Shown: in pieces, positions 47,594 to 64,000 of the stretch | Layout of the letters: the number at the start of each line of letters is the position of its first letter | How positions within the stretch are numbered: the first letter of the stretch is position 1 | Source: a virus | Direction: 5' to 3' (one strand) | Length of the DNA stretch: 64,000 nt | IMG/VR virus record: IMGVR_UViG_3300008259_000057 | Coordinates: 4,572-68,571 of that record | Translations under genes and position numbers: made by a program | The notes under the pieces: generated by a model | What the model saw: only the letters and a program-made list of their open reading frames with translations | What the model was told of the DNA's origin: nothing | The model's database searches: none

Positions 47594-49899
47594 GCGATAG
47601 ACTAGAAACACTTTCAGCTAACGGGAAGCCTCCGGTATCCCGCATTAAAGACGCTAAATCAGCCTATGAGATTTGGGAGACTCTACGACGAGCGGATGCC
47701 GTATCGGCATTTGACCGCAGCAAAATTGATGCTGCATACGACAATGAAAGACCTTACGACGAACGCGCCCTCATCAATGCTGGGCAGTCTTATCGGGTTA
47801 ATGTATCGTGGGGCTTTGCAAAGCAAGTATTGGATACTGCGCTTGCTGGTTATGTAGATGTTATTAACGCACCGCAGACATTCTTCCGGTGTCCTACACT
47901 TTACGGCACTCAGACGGAGCGTGACGAACTAGAGCAAGTCGTAGCCCAAGAGGTAACGGCGGCTATCCGTTCTTGGCGTAACTTCTTCCCGACCTACCTC
48001 AAGCTCTGCAATAGCTTCATCAAGCATGGAGTTGGCATTGCCCTATTCAACGACGAATGGGATTGGCGTTGGAAGGCTACCGATATGTCCGACTTTAAGA
48101 TTCCCCGCAAGACGGAGATCGGTCAGGACAACATTGATGTAGCCGCCTGCTTGCGCTTCTACAGCCCTACACAGCTTTATCAGTTGATTAAGGACGAAGA
48201 GACGGCAAGGATCAACGGATTCAACATCGAGGCTTGCCGCAGGGCTATCATCTCCTCTGTAAATAATAACAACAATTATTACAATTTCCGCCAGTATGAC
48301 TGGGAGAAGCTGGAGATGGAGCTTCGCAACAACGATCTGTTCTTCACGACTCAAGCTGCGAACCAGCAGTCAATTCGCGTTGTCCACCTGTGGGTAACTG
48401 AGTTCGACAACCGTGTATCGCACTACATGATCAACGACGACAACGGAGTGCAAGACTTCTTGTTTAAGAAGATCGGTAGATTTGAGAACGCCTACCAAGC
48501 CTACACTGTATTCACCTACGGAGTTGGAACTAACGGATACTATCACGGTGTTCGCGGCCAAGGCTATGATGTATTCGCTATCAACGGTGCGTTAAACCGT
48601 GCGTATTGCTCATTGCTGGAGATTGCATCCTTCGGCAGTGCGCCTACATTCCAACCTAAAGACGAGACTGCTTTGCAGGAAATGCAGTTCATCCCGAATG
48701 GAGTCTATAATTTGCTTTCTCCGGGAATTGATGTCATTAAGGATACTATAGTTCCCAATGTATCTAACGGAACTCTGCCGATTGTCAGTGCATTCACACA
48801 GTTGTTCCGCGAAAGAACATCTGCATACAATACGGAATCTCTTATCAATACATCCGTAGAGAAGTCAGCTACACAAGTGCGCGCTGAACTTAGCAATATT
48901 GCTAAAATGAGCGTGTCAGCTTTGAATCTTTTCTTCGATCCTTGGGAATCTTTGGTTCGTGAGATGATCCGCCGAATGAAGCGGAAAGACTACGATGCTC
49001 AAGAGCCGGGAGGCAAGTATATCATCGAGCTTCATAAGCGTCTCCTGCAAAGGGGTGCTGAAGGATTCGGTGCTAAAGATCGTTACCTCCAAGCGTTCTT
49101 CGCTCTGGATGCGGACCGTCTTCGCGTTACGAAGCCCGTAGGAGCGGGATCAGAAGCAGCCCGCATGGTTGCCTTTGATCGCCTCATGGGAATCTTTGGA
49201 AGCCTTCCTGACTACGGCAAGCAGAACCTCATTTGGGACATTGCTTCCGAGACTGCTGGATACGAGAACGCAGCTAGGTATGCGATCCAGCCCGGCGAGT
49301 CTGATAAGCCAACGGTTGACGCTTCTATCGCTCAACTCGAAAACAACTCTCTATTGGCAGGCGGTCAAGTTGCAGTGCTGGATGGACAGAACGATCTCGT
49401 CCACGCCAAGATTCACCTTGAAGTTCTCACTCCAATGGTTACGCAGGCTCAAGAGTTGCTTGAGCTTGATCCTATGCAGTTGGCTCCGATGCTTGAAGGA
49501 ATCAACGCACTTAACGGACATGTCGCACAGCATGTCGAAAAACTCTCGCAAGACCCAGCGATGCGTCAAGAAGCAGCGTTCTATCGTAAGACGCTCCAAA
49601 ACGCAGACGAAATCTTGCATAACGGAACGCTAAAAGTTCAGAAACTTATGGCGCAACAACAGCAGTCTGCTATGATGGGGCAGATGCAAGGAGAGGATTT
49701 GGCGCAAGGTCCACAGATTGACCCAGCCACGCTTGCTAAAATCGAGGCGCAACGAGCCGAGCGGCAGGCGAAACTTGAGATGGATGTGCAGATACATCAG
49801 CAGAAGATGGTTATGCGCCAGCAGGAAGCATCTCAAAAACTAGCAATCCGTGATGCGGAAGCTGCTAGCAAAATCCAATCGCAGGGTATTAGAATATGA
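47590..49899 (+). CDS. portal protein
   Basis: 769 aa, SATQV motif, Gln-rich tail, position before scaffold and capsid. Confidence 0.7.
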   Translation: MSDRLETLSANGKPPVSRIKDAKSAYEIWETLRRADAVSAFDRSKIDAAYDNERPYDERALINAGQSYRVNVSWGFAKQVLDTALAGYVDVINAPQTFFRCPTLYGTQTERDELEQVVAQEVTAAIRSWRNFFPTYLKLCNSFIKHGVGIALFNDEWDWRWKATDMSDFKIPRKTEIGQDNIDVAACLRFYSPTQLYQLIKDEETARINGFNIEACRRAIISSVNNNNNYYNFRQYDWEKLEMELRNNDLFFTTQAANQQSIRVVHLWVTEFDNRVSHYMINDDNGVQDFLFKKIGRFENAYQAYTVFTYGVGTNGYYHGVRGQGYDVFAINGALNRAYCSLLEIASFGSAPTFQPKDETALQEMQFIPNGVYNLLSPGIDVIKDTIVPNVSNGTLPIVSAFTQLFRERTSAYNTESLINTSVEKSATQVRAELSNIAKMSVSALNLFFDPWESLVREMIRRMKRKDYDAQEPGGKYIIELHKRLLQRGAEGFGAKDRYLQAFFALDADRLRVTKPVGAGSEAARMVAFDRLMGIFGSLPDYGKQNLIWDIASETAGYENAARYAIQPGESDKPTVDASIAQLENNSLLAGGQVAVLDGQNDLVHAKIHLEVLTPMVTQAQELLELDPMQLAPMLEGINALNGHVAQHVEKLSQDPAMRQEAAFYRKTLQNADEILHNGTLKVQKLMAQQQQSAMMGQMQGEDLAQGPQIDPATLAKIEAQRAERQAKLEMDVQIHQQKMVMRQQEASQKLAIRDAEAASKIQSQGIRI

Positions 49900-50231
49900 C
49901 ACAAAGACAACTATTCCAACTGAACGCAGACAAGGTATCGCAATTAGAGCAACTGCTGGATAATCCAGTTCTTAGAGAAGCATTCGTTATTGTTAGACAA
50001 GAATGCACTCCTAAAGCTCCTACCGATATTGAAGCTGCGAAGTCTATTGGAGCAGAAGAATTTCAAAGCAAATTAACTTCACTGACCAAAGTAAATCAGA
50101 AGAAGTTGAACGACTTGGATAAAGAATATATTATCCAAGCTCGCAGAAAACTTTTGTCCACGGGGTTATACACCGAGGATGAAATCATGGAAGCTGAGAG
50201 GCTTTCGCAGTCAAACAATCAACAGGAGTAA
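49896..50231 (+). CDS. hypothetical protein
   Basis: small gene between portal and scaffold. Confidence 0.6.
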   Translation: MTQRQLFQLNADKVSQLEQLLDNPVLREAFVIVRQECTPKAPTDIEAAKSIGAEEFQSKLTSLTKVNQKKLNDLDKEYIIQARRKLLSTGLYTEDEIMEAERLSQSNNQQE

Positions 50232-50374
50232 TATTATGAAAATGGCAACCGAGAAACGCATTGCACCAGCAGCAGTTAAAGCAAAGCCCGTAGTTGGCAA
50301 GAAGACAGCATCCACAGGTAAATCTTGGGGCGCTCGTCATCGCGCCAAGATCAAGTAAGCATTAGAAAGAATTT

Positions 50375-51553
50375 ATGTCAGAACAAGCAACAACACCGAC
50401 ACCAACAGAACCAACATCCACGAACGCTGCGATCACAAACCTTCGCAGCGCCTTGGATTCCATTGCAACAAATGATCTCAGCATCCAGCCTCCAAAGGAA
50501 GAGCCAAAGGTTAATCCAACTCAGCCTACTCCAGAGCCTCCAAAACAAGAGGAAGTCAAAGCTGAACCTGCGAAAGAAGGAGAAGGACAGGTCGAGGAAA
50601 CTAAGGAACCTGCTAACGATGTTTCTTCCGAGCCAGAGCCAACCGGAGAAAAAGAGAAGGTCCGCTGGAAAGAACTGAAGCAGGCAGAGAAAGACCTTAA
50701 GCTCGCACAGAAAGAGCTTGCCGATCTTAAAGCTAAAGGCAGCGAATACGAGCAAACATCTAAAGAGGTTCAAGACCTAAAATCACAGATCGAAGAGATC
50801 AAGAAAGAGCGTGAGGCTATCGACGGAGAGCTTTACATGACTCGCGTTACTGCAACGAAAGAGTATAAGCAATATGTTACCGAGCCTCTGAACGAGATTA
50901 TCGAAGGCGCAGAGTTCTTCGCTGCTCGTAACAAGATTGACACAGGCGATCTCATCGACGCATTGCAGGCAGATACCAACGGTGATCCAGCTAAACTTGA
51001 TGCACTCATGGCCGACTGGTCTGAGCGCGACAAGAGCAAGGTGTGGACTCTTGCCGATAATCTACTTCAAATCGAGAAGCGCAAAGGTGAATTGGAGCAA
51101 CATTCCAAAGAAGCCTACGAGCTTTCGATGGAACGAACGAAGAAAGAAGAGCAAGAGCAGTATCAACAATATATCGCGCAACGCGAGTCTGCTGTTAGCG
51201 AAGTTCTTCCTAAAATCAGCGAGAAGGTATTCAATATCCTTCCCGAAGATAAGCGTCCCGACATCAACAAACTTCAGCAAGAAGTTATGAACTACGACGA
51301 GTGGCCTGAGAACCTCAAGGTTTACGGAATCCTCGGAGCTACAGTTCTTCCTGACTTGCTGGATACAGTTAAGTCATTGCAGACAGAGTTGAGCGAGACT
51401 AAGGCAGCTAACATTAAGCTCCGTGGTGGAGTTCCTGCCGCTGCTGGCGGAACATCTCCCAAGTCTCCCGCTGATGCAGCGAAACCTGTTGATTACACCA
51501 AGATGGACACGGATGATTTCGTGAAGAACTTGGTTGGTCGAATGGGCGTTTAA
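50375..51553 (+). CDS. capsid scaffolding protein
   Basis: acidic Pro/Glu N-terminus and coiled coil, directly upstream of the capsid gene. Confidence 0.65.
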   Translation: MSEQATTPTPTEPTSTNAAITNLRSALDSIATNDLSIQPPKEEPKVNPTQPTPEPPKQEEVKAEPAKEGEGQVEETKEPANDVSSEPEPTGEKEKVRWKELKQAEKDLKLAQKELADLKAKGSEYEQTSKEVQDLKSQIEEIKKEREAIDGELYMTRVTATKEYKQYVTEPLNEIIEGAEFFAARNKIDTGDLIDALQADTNGDPAKLDALMADWSERDKSKVWTLADNLLQIEKRKGELEQHSKEAYELSMERTKKEEQEQYQQYIAQRESAVSEVLPKISEKVFNILPEDKRPDINKLQQEVMNYDEWPENLKVYGILGATVLPDLLDTVKSLQTELSETKAANIKLRGGVPAAAGGTSPKSPADAAKPVDYTKMDTDDFVKNLVGRMGV

Positions 51554-51572
51554 GATTCCCCTCCATCCCCAA

Positions 51573-51608
51573 GAAGGCTGCGTGTAAAAAGCGCAGCCTT
51601 TTTTGTTT
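51573..51608 (+). terminator. intrinsic terminator
   Basis: AAGGCTGCGT-GTAAAAA-GCGCAGCCTT followed by T-tract. Confidence 0.7.
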
Positions 51609-51856
51609 CAAATAATACTTGAAAATTATAGCTACTTGCGCTAACCCTCAAGGTGCAGCATAACTAAGCTGTTGAAAAAAATGTTAGTGGATCGCTGATT
51701 CCAAAACATCAGTAACAAAATAAACACCGAGCTTAAAAACACCGAAAGGCTTTTACAGTGGCTCAGTAAAGGAAAATCAAACCGAGTTTAAGTTGGGCAA
51801 CTAAACGACAACTTGGATTCTCAAACTAAATTTAACTTAAATAGAAAGATAATTAT

Positions 51857-53044
51857 ATGGCACAATATGATATTGCTGATGTAAACAATCAGCTCCAACA
51901 AGAAGCAGGCCGAATCGGCGAAATGATCGCCGCCAAGCTCATCGCAACCGACCCTTGGAACCGCCTCATCAAGCAGGACACTTTTCCTGCTGGCATGGGT
52001 GAGTCCATCCAAACGCTCATTCAAGAGCGCACGACTGTTCCTAACGCTAGCTCGACTGCGTGGGAAGATGTCGGCACTAACGACGGCACTGGCAACAACT
52101 GCAACCCGACCCCTCAGGTTGTTGATTTTGCTCGCACACTCCGTTCTTACAACCTCCAACAGGCTGCTATCCGTTCGCCCGGTTTCTGCGTGAACGATCT
52201 CCGCACTGCGTGGAAGGCTGAAGAGCAGCTCGCTGGCGAAGTCAAAGTTCTCAAAGAGAACAGCCAATGGTTCTGGAGCAACCGCTACCGTGACGAGTTT
52301 TCTCGCCTCGCTGGCAACAAGGTTGTCCTCGATGTGCCTGATACGCTTGCAATGTCCACCAGCGGAACTGGCGCTGCCTTCCCCGCTGTGGCTCCTGCTT
52401 ATGCGCTCGATCAAGGTATCCTCGATCAGTTCTACCTCGACCTCTCCCGTGATGCCGCTGAAGGTCATTACGCAATGGTTGACGGTGAGCCTCAATACGC
52501 TCTCATCTGCTCGCCTGAAACGAGCAACTACCTGAAGAAGCAAAACGCTGACATCCGTCAAGACCTCCGCTTCTCCTCGCAAGTTGATGAGCTTATCAAG
52601 CCCTTCGGTGCTGCGTTCAGCTACAGCGGATTCGTCCACTTGGTTGATCGTCAGGCTCCTCGCTACAACTTCGTCGGTGGACAGTTTGTGCGTGTTCCGT
52701 TCTTTACCACCAGCCCTGCCTCCACTGGCAACAAGGCTATCGTGAATCCGGCCTACCGCTCCGCTGCCTACGAGGTCAGCTTCATCTACAACCCACATGT
52801 CTACACCAGCCGTGTTGCTCAGGTCATCACCAGCCCCGGTTCGGGACTGAAGTTCGATCCAGTCAACTACCGTGGTGAGTTCATGTGGATCAACAACAAG
52901 GACAACGCCAACAACATCTTGGGTGTTAATGGCTACTTCTATGCCTTGTTCATGCAAGGTTCGCAGCCGAAGCGTGTTGAGTGGGGTTATGCCCTCATGC
53001 ACCTCCGTTGCAGCCCTGCAACCCTCTATCAGTCCTGCTCCTAA
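51857..53044 (+). CDS. major capsid protein
   Basis: 395 aa, strongest codon bias in the window, after the scaffold and followed by a hairpin. Confidence 0.75.
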   Translation: MAQYDIADVNNQLQQEAGRIGEMIAAKLIATDPWNRLIKQDTFPAGMGESIQTLIQERTTVPNASSTAWEDVGTNDGTGNNCNPTPQVVDFARTLRSYNLQQAAIRSPGFCVNDLRTAWKAEEQLAGEVKVLKENSQWFWSNRYRDEFSRLAGNKVVLDVPDTLAMSTSGTGAAFPAVAPAYALDQGILDQFYLDLSRDAAEGHYAMVDGEPQYALICSPETSNYLKKQNADIRQDLRFSSQVDELIKPFGAAFSYSGFVHLVDRQAPRYNFVGGQFVRVPFFTTSPASTGNKAIVNPAYRSAAYEVSFIYNPHVYTSRVAQVITSPGSGLKFDPVNYRGEFMWINNKDNANNILGVNGYFYALFMQGSQPKRVEWGYALMHLRCSPATLYQSCS

Positions 53045-53070
53045 TAGCAGGTAACTGTTAAACAATAACA

Positions 53071-53103
53071 AGTGCGGTGGAGGTTCTATCCCTCTACCGC
53101 ACT
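53071..53103 (+). terminator. stem-loop after the capsid gene
   Basis: AGTGCGGTGGAGG...CCTCTACCGCACT; no T-tract. Confidence 0.5.
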
Positions 53104-53119
53104 AAACCTAAGAAAAGTA

Positions 53120-55548
<2,429 letters not shown>

Positions 55549-55582
55549 AAAACAAAAACAACAATTAAAACTAACTAAAATT

Positions 55583-56722
55583 ATGCCACTCACTAAAGCG
55601 ACAACTAATGTAGTCAACCTCGACAAAGACACGCTTATCAATGGACTTACTGTAGGTAGAGGTGGGGGGAATGATCTATACAGCACGGCATTAGGAGATA
55701 ATGCACTGCAAGCAAATACAACAGGTATTTTGAATGTAGCCGTTGGTTCTGACGCAATGCTTAAAAATACAGCAGGAAGTTATTGTGTTGCTGTAGGAAG
55801 GGCTGCGCTTACTGAAAACACAATTGGAAACAACAATACGGCAGTTGGAAGCGGTTCACTTTTTTCAAATACAATTGGAGCGGCTAACACAGCAGTTGGT
55901 TTTAGCGCATTAAGTCAAAACACAACTGGTTTTGACAACACAGCGGTTGGAGTAAATGCGCTAGCCAACTCACTTGGAGATAGAAACACAGCAGTTGGAT
56001 TAAACACACTTAGTCAAAACACAACTGGAAGCAATAATACAGCAATTGGTTTAGCAGCACTTCAAGCCAACACAACTGGAAGCAATAATACAGCAATTGG
56101 TTATATTGCACTTGCAAGCAACACAACATTCTCAAATGTTGGTGGGTTTGGATACAATGCTCAAGTATCTGGAAGTAACCAAATTAGAATTGGTGACACC
56201 AATATTACAAGTGTTACCTGCCAAACTAATGCTTGGTCTGATGAACGAGACAAAGCTGATATTCGTGATACTGTTCTTGGCCTTGATTTCATCAAAGAAC
56301 TTCGTCCAGTTGATTACAAGTGGGACTACCGCGAAGATTATCGTCCAGAAGCTCCTGCCTCTGTAAGTAAACCAGTAGAACTTAAAGAAGACGCTTCTGA
56401 TGAAGAGAAGGCGAAATACGCTGAAGAACTTGCCGCATACAACGCTTACAAAGTTAAACTTGATAAATGGCTTGAAGATTGCAAATGGTCTAATCTGGTT
56501 CACGATGGAACTCACAAGCGCACTCGCTTCCATCATGGCTTGATTGCTCAAGAGGTCAAAGCTGTTATTGAAAAAACCGGAGTTGATTTTGGCGGATTCC
56601 AAGATCATACGATTAAAGGTGGAGATGCAGTTATGACCATTGGTTATACTGAGTTGATTGGGCCACTTATTAAGGCAGTTCAAGAACTCTCTGCTAAAGT
56701 AGCTGAATTGGAAGCTAAATAA
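55583..56722 (+). CDS. tail fibre with S74 intramolecular chaperone
   Basis: NTAVG..AL..NTTG repeats; WSDERDK.DI, GLIAQEV, LIKAVQEL. Confidence 0.85.
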   Translation: MPLTKATTNVVNLDKDTLINGLTVGRGGGNDLYSTALGDNALQANTTGILNVAVGSDAMLKNTAGSYCVAVGRAALTENTIGNNNTAVGSGSLFSNTIGAANTAVGFSALSQNTTGFDNTAVGVNALANSLGDRNTAVGLNTLSQNTTGSNNTAIGLAALQANTTGSNNTAIGYIALASNTTFSNVGGFGYNAQVSGSNQIRIGDTNITSVTCQTNAWSDERDKADIRDTVLGLDFIKELRPVDYKWDYREDYRPEAPASVSKPVELKEDASDEEKAKYAEELAAYNAYKVKLDKWLEDCKWSNLVHDGTHKRTRFHHGLIAQEVKAVIEKTGVDFGGFQDHTIKGGDAVMTIGYTELIGPLIKAVQELSAKVAELEAK

Positions 56723-61560
<4,838 letters not shown>

Positions 61561-61593
61561 ATATTGTTAAACAATTAAATTATGTTCGCTTAA

Positions 61594-61794
61594 ATGAATT
61601 TCGATCCTCAGTCAGCGCCACATCATCCCGGTATTATGGGTTCCGTAACAAGCCTTCTAGCAGTTATCGTTTCAGTGCTGCCTCATGTTGAGCAGTGGCT
61701 GCGGATTACATCTCTTGCTTTCGGCACTATTGCAGCGATAGTTTCTATTATTGTAATGATTGAGAAACGCAGCAACGACAAAGATAAAAAATGA
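61594..61794 (+). CDS. holin-like membrane protein
   Basis: two hydrophobic helices, charged C-terminus, start of lysis block. Confidence 0.5.
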   Translation: MNFDPQSAPHHPGIMGSVTSLLAVIVSVLPHVEQWLRITSLAFGTIAAIVSIIVMIEKRSNDKDKK

Positions 61795-62084
61795 AAACAC
61801 TACTTGTTAAAGCCATCTCCGCTATTACCGGAGCATCCAAATCAGTTATCGAATTCATCATTCCTATCCTCCGCGATTCGGCTAGTTCCCTGTTGAAGGA
61901 ACTGCTTCCTATCGCATTGGAAGTTGTGTCTTCATTGCTCACTTCGGATAAGAGCGGAGACGAGAAGCGTAAGATTGCCGTGGATAAGATTAAAGATGCA
62001 GCAACCCGCGAGGGAATCAACGCATCTAATCGTGCAGTCAACCTCGCTATCGAGCTTGCTCTTGCAAAGCTGACAGATAAATGA
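61791..62084 (+). CDS. holin-like protein
   Basis: SGDEKR..A.....IE.A pattern; lysis block. Confidence 0.45.
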   Translation: MKTLLVKAISAITGASKSVIEFIIPILRDSASSLLKELLPIALEVVSSLLTSDKSGDEKRKIAVDKIKDAATREGINASNRAVNLAIELALAKLTDK

Positions 62085-62545
62085 ACGACGAGAAGGCATG
62101 GTGGCAGAGCAGGACGATTATCGGAATCGTCGTTATGCTACTTGCTCAAGTGCTGAAGTGGCTCAATGTTGATATAGTCAACGAGGAGTTGACAGACATC
62201 GTTACTCTAGCGATGGAAAGCATCGGTGCGGGACTGGCTATTTACGGACGCGTAAAGGCCCGTAAAACGATTCGCAGGACTAAACCCGGTGGTCAGTTCA
62301 ATCCGAATGCAGAAGTGCGTAAAGCCAAGCCTGTGCGAAGCAAGCTGCTCGGTTTGTTTATTCTCCTTCTTTCCTTCAACTGCTACGCTCAAGCATATCC
62401 TTCGCATGTGTGGTATGAGAACCCTATCAGAGTAATGCCAATCGTTGACGATAGACACTTTCTAATCCGCTTGCTGGATAGCCTGTGGGTCAGCGTTAGC
62501 GTTCTTCCAATCAAGGGTGAGATTAAGGGTTCGGCTGATTTCTAG
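62081..62545 (+). CDS. holin-like protein
   Basis: KAWWQSRTIIG...AIYGR.KA. Confidence 0.55.
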   Translation: MNDEKAWWQSRTIIGIVVMLLAQVLKWLNVDIVNEELTDIVTLAMESIGAGLAIYGRVKARKTIRRTKPGGQFNPNAEVRKAKPVRSKLLGLFILLLSFNCYAQAYPSHVWYENPIRVMPIVDDRHFLIRLLDSLWVSVSVLPIKGEIKGSADF

Positions 62546-62546
62546 T

Positions 62547-63116
62547 ATGGCTACCGAGGCAGAGCGACTAGAAATGGGAGACTTCATCCTGAAGTCAGAG
62601 GCTCGTAGGGACAAGCTCGGCAGGCTCAAGGTTTATCCGTTACCTAAAGCAGACGGTGGCGGCACATTTGAAATTGCTGGTATCAACGATAGGTATCATC
62701 CAAAGGCTGCTACGCATCTAAAGAATCTTATAGACAGCAACCGTCATTCACAGGCAGAGGCATACGCTAAGAAGTATCTTGTTGAATACACCGATGTCGT
62801 TAAGAACTGGACTGAACTGGCTCCGCTAGAAGCATTCCTCCGTGATACTGCATTTAACCGAGGACCGAAAGGCGCCTTGCGAATCTTGCAGATTGCGTTG
62901 GGTATTGCTGATGACGGAAAGTTTGGACCTGTAACAAAGACAACTCTAGCTAAAGCGGCAAAGAATGTGGCATCACTTCTTGGCAACCTGCGAAGTGCTA
63001 GGGAAACATACGAGATTCGCGTTGCTCCACCTGTAGGAGCCAGAGCAAAGTTTTGGGCTGGCTTGCAGAACAGATGGAACAATGCGTTAGAATTCAGTAA
63101 GAAGTTTATAGTTTAA
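62547..63116 (+). CDS. endolysin, glycosyl hydrolase 108 family
   Basis: SEAR..DGGG...GIN, D.AFNRG, LQ.ALG..DDG.FGP.T, KF..GL.NR. Confidence 0.8.
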   Translation: MATEAERLEMGDFILKSEARRDKLGRLKVYPLPKADGGGTFEIAGINDRYHPKAATHLKNLIDSNRHSQAEAYAKKYLVEYTDVVKNWTELAPLEAFLRDTAFNRGPKGALRILQIALGIADDGKFGPVTKTTLAKAAKNVASLLGNLRSARETYEIRVAPPVGARAKFWAGLQNRWNNALEFSKKFIV

Positions 63117-63133
63117 CAATAGAAACAAAATAT

Positions 63134-63388
63134 ATGGACCTAGAAAATAAAGCCCTGAAAGAAGCATTTAATAAAAAGTATTCCGGCGTAAAAACTGATG
63201 AGGAAGACTACAAGCGTTTCGCTAAAAAGTATTATGGCGAGCAGCCAGAAAGCGTCTATAAAGAACCTTCATTGCTTGAGAAAGCAAAGCGCACAGTCAG
63301 TGGAGCTATTGATGTCAATGTTGGCCGCGCTAAAAGCGACTACGGCAGGATGCAGCGTGGATACCGCGAGCTTGAGAAGGGTTTCTAA
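63134..63388 (+). CDS. hypothetical protein
   Basis: 84-aa ORF. Confidence 0.55.
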   Translation: MDLENKALKEAFNKKYSGVKTDEEDYKRFAKKYYGEQPESVYKEPSLLEKAKRTVSGAIDVNVGRAKSDYGRMQRGYRELEKGF

Positions 63389-63531
63389 TCCTGCATGACC
63401 AGCAAAGAATACAAGCTGTTAATCCTAGCGATGCTGTCTATGTCAGTATCGCTAACAGCCTTTTACATGATTGCGAAGCTAGCCTTTTATGAGTGATACC
63501 GAAGCGTTGATTAAAGAGAACAAGAAGCTGC

Positions 63532-63729
63532 CATGTCGTGCTTGCTAAAGAAGGGTCAAAAGTTAAGACGATTCGCTTTGGGCAGCAGAATGTAAAAGGC
63601 TCTCCGAAGCGAGAGGGTGAATCAGAATCCGATAAGAAAAGACGAGCATCATTTAAGGCTCGCCATGCAAAGGGAATCTCCAAGGGAAAGATGTCTGGCA
63701 GTTACTGGAGTAACCGTGTGAAATGGTAG
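63532..63729 (+). CDS. basic phage protein fragment (5' end apparently missing)
   Basis: HVVLAKEG.KVKTIRFGQ...RRASFKARH...YWS..VKW without a convincing start. Confidence 0.55.
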   Translation, partial: HVVLAKEGSKVKTIRFGQQNVKGSPKREGESESDKKRRASFKARHAKGISKGKMSGSYWSNRVKW

Positions 63730-63800
63730 CAATTCAGCTACTTACACAGGCATATAAAAATATCTTTTGACTTCTTAAAAGGATCTGCCATTCTAATATC

Positions 63801-64000
63801 GTGCGATTCAAACGGCTAACAGTCCGAATCAGTGATGAGCCTTGGAAGATTATCTTCAATAAGCCTACTGAAGACGACTACATTGGTGTTGAGGATGACG
63901 ACATCGGCCTTTGTGTCGCCGAAGATCACAAGTTATTTGTTGAGCCTGATCCAGACAGCGTTCTCTCTACCGCGCTTCACGAAGTCCTACATGCTGTATT
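63801..64000 (+). CDS. HExxH metalloprotease-like protein (runs off the window)
   Basis: GTG start 6 nt after a TTGACT-16-CATTCT promoter; ...STALHEVLHAV. Confidence 0.6.
   Translation, partial: MRFKRLTVRISDEPWKIIFNKPTEDDYIGVEDDDIGLCVAEDHKLFVEPDPDSVLSTALHEVLHAV

Noticed and set aside
51821-53071. 416-aa antisense ORF
   Set aside because: Shadow of the codon-biased capsid gene

Overview
The window is most or all of a tailed dsDNA phage genome (Caudoviricetes), probably podovirus-like: there is no tape measure and there is a 2946-aa internal/ejection-type protein. No integrase or DNA polymerase was seen. Modules: replication/recombination (HTH initiator with iterons, PD-(D/E)XK exonuclease, ERF, a split DnaB, a second HTH initiator-like gene, dCMP deaminase); small divergently transcribed early genes; a non-coding control region with tRNA-Arg; about nine glycosyltransferase-like genes and two methyltransferases; TerS/TerL, portal, scaffold and capsid; Thr-rich collagen-like fibres, an S74 tail fibre and an autotransporter-repeat adhesin; and a holin/GH108 lysis block. 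The autotransporter repeats, A/C-rich starts without Shine-Dalgarno and sigma54 promoters suggest a Verrucomicrobia/PVC host (inference only). Most striking: a tRNA-Arg(UCU) gene is split by a ~467-bp cassette carrying its own promoter, an HNH endonuclease and a complete, sequence-divergent replacement tRNA-Arg(UCU). Also notable: four sigma54 promoters on the early genes, a genome-wide 13-bp palindrome ATTGTT-N-AACAAT (~19 copies), a probable virion glycosylation system, two C4-like RNA leaders and a 63-bp phased array. All protein calls come from motif recognition by eye; no database searches were run.
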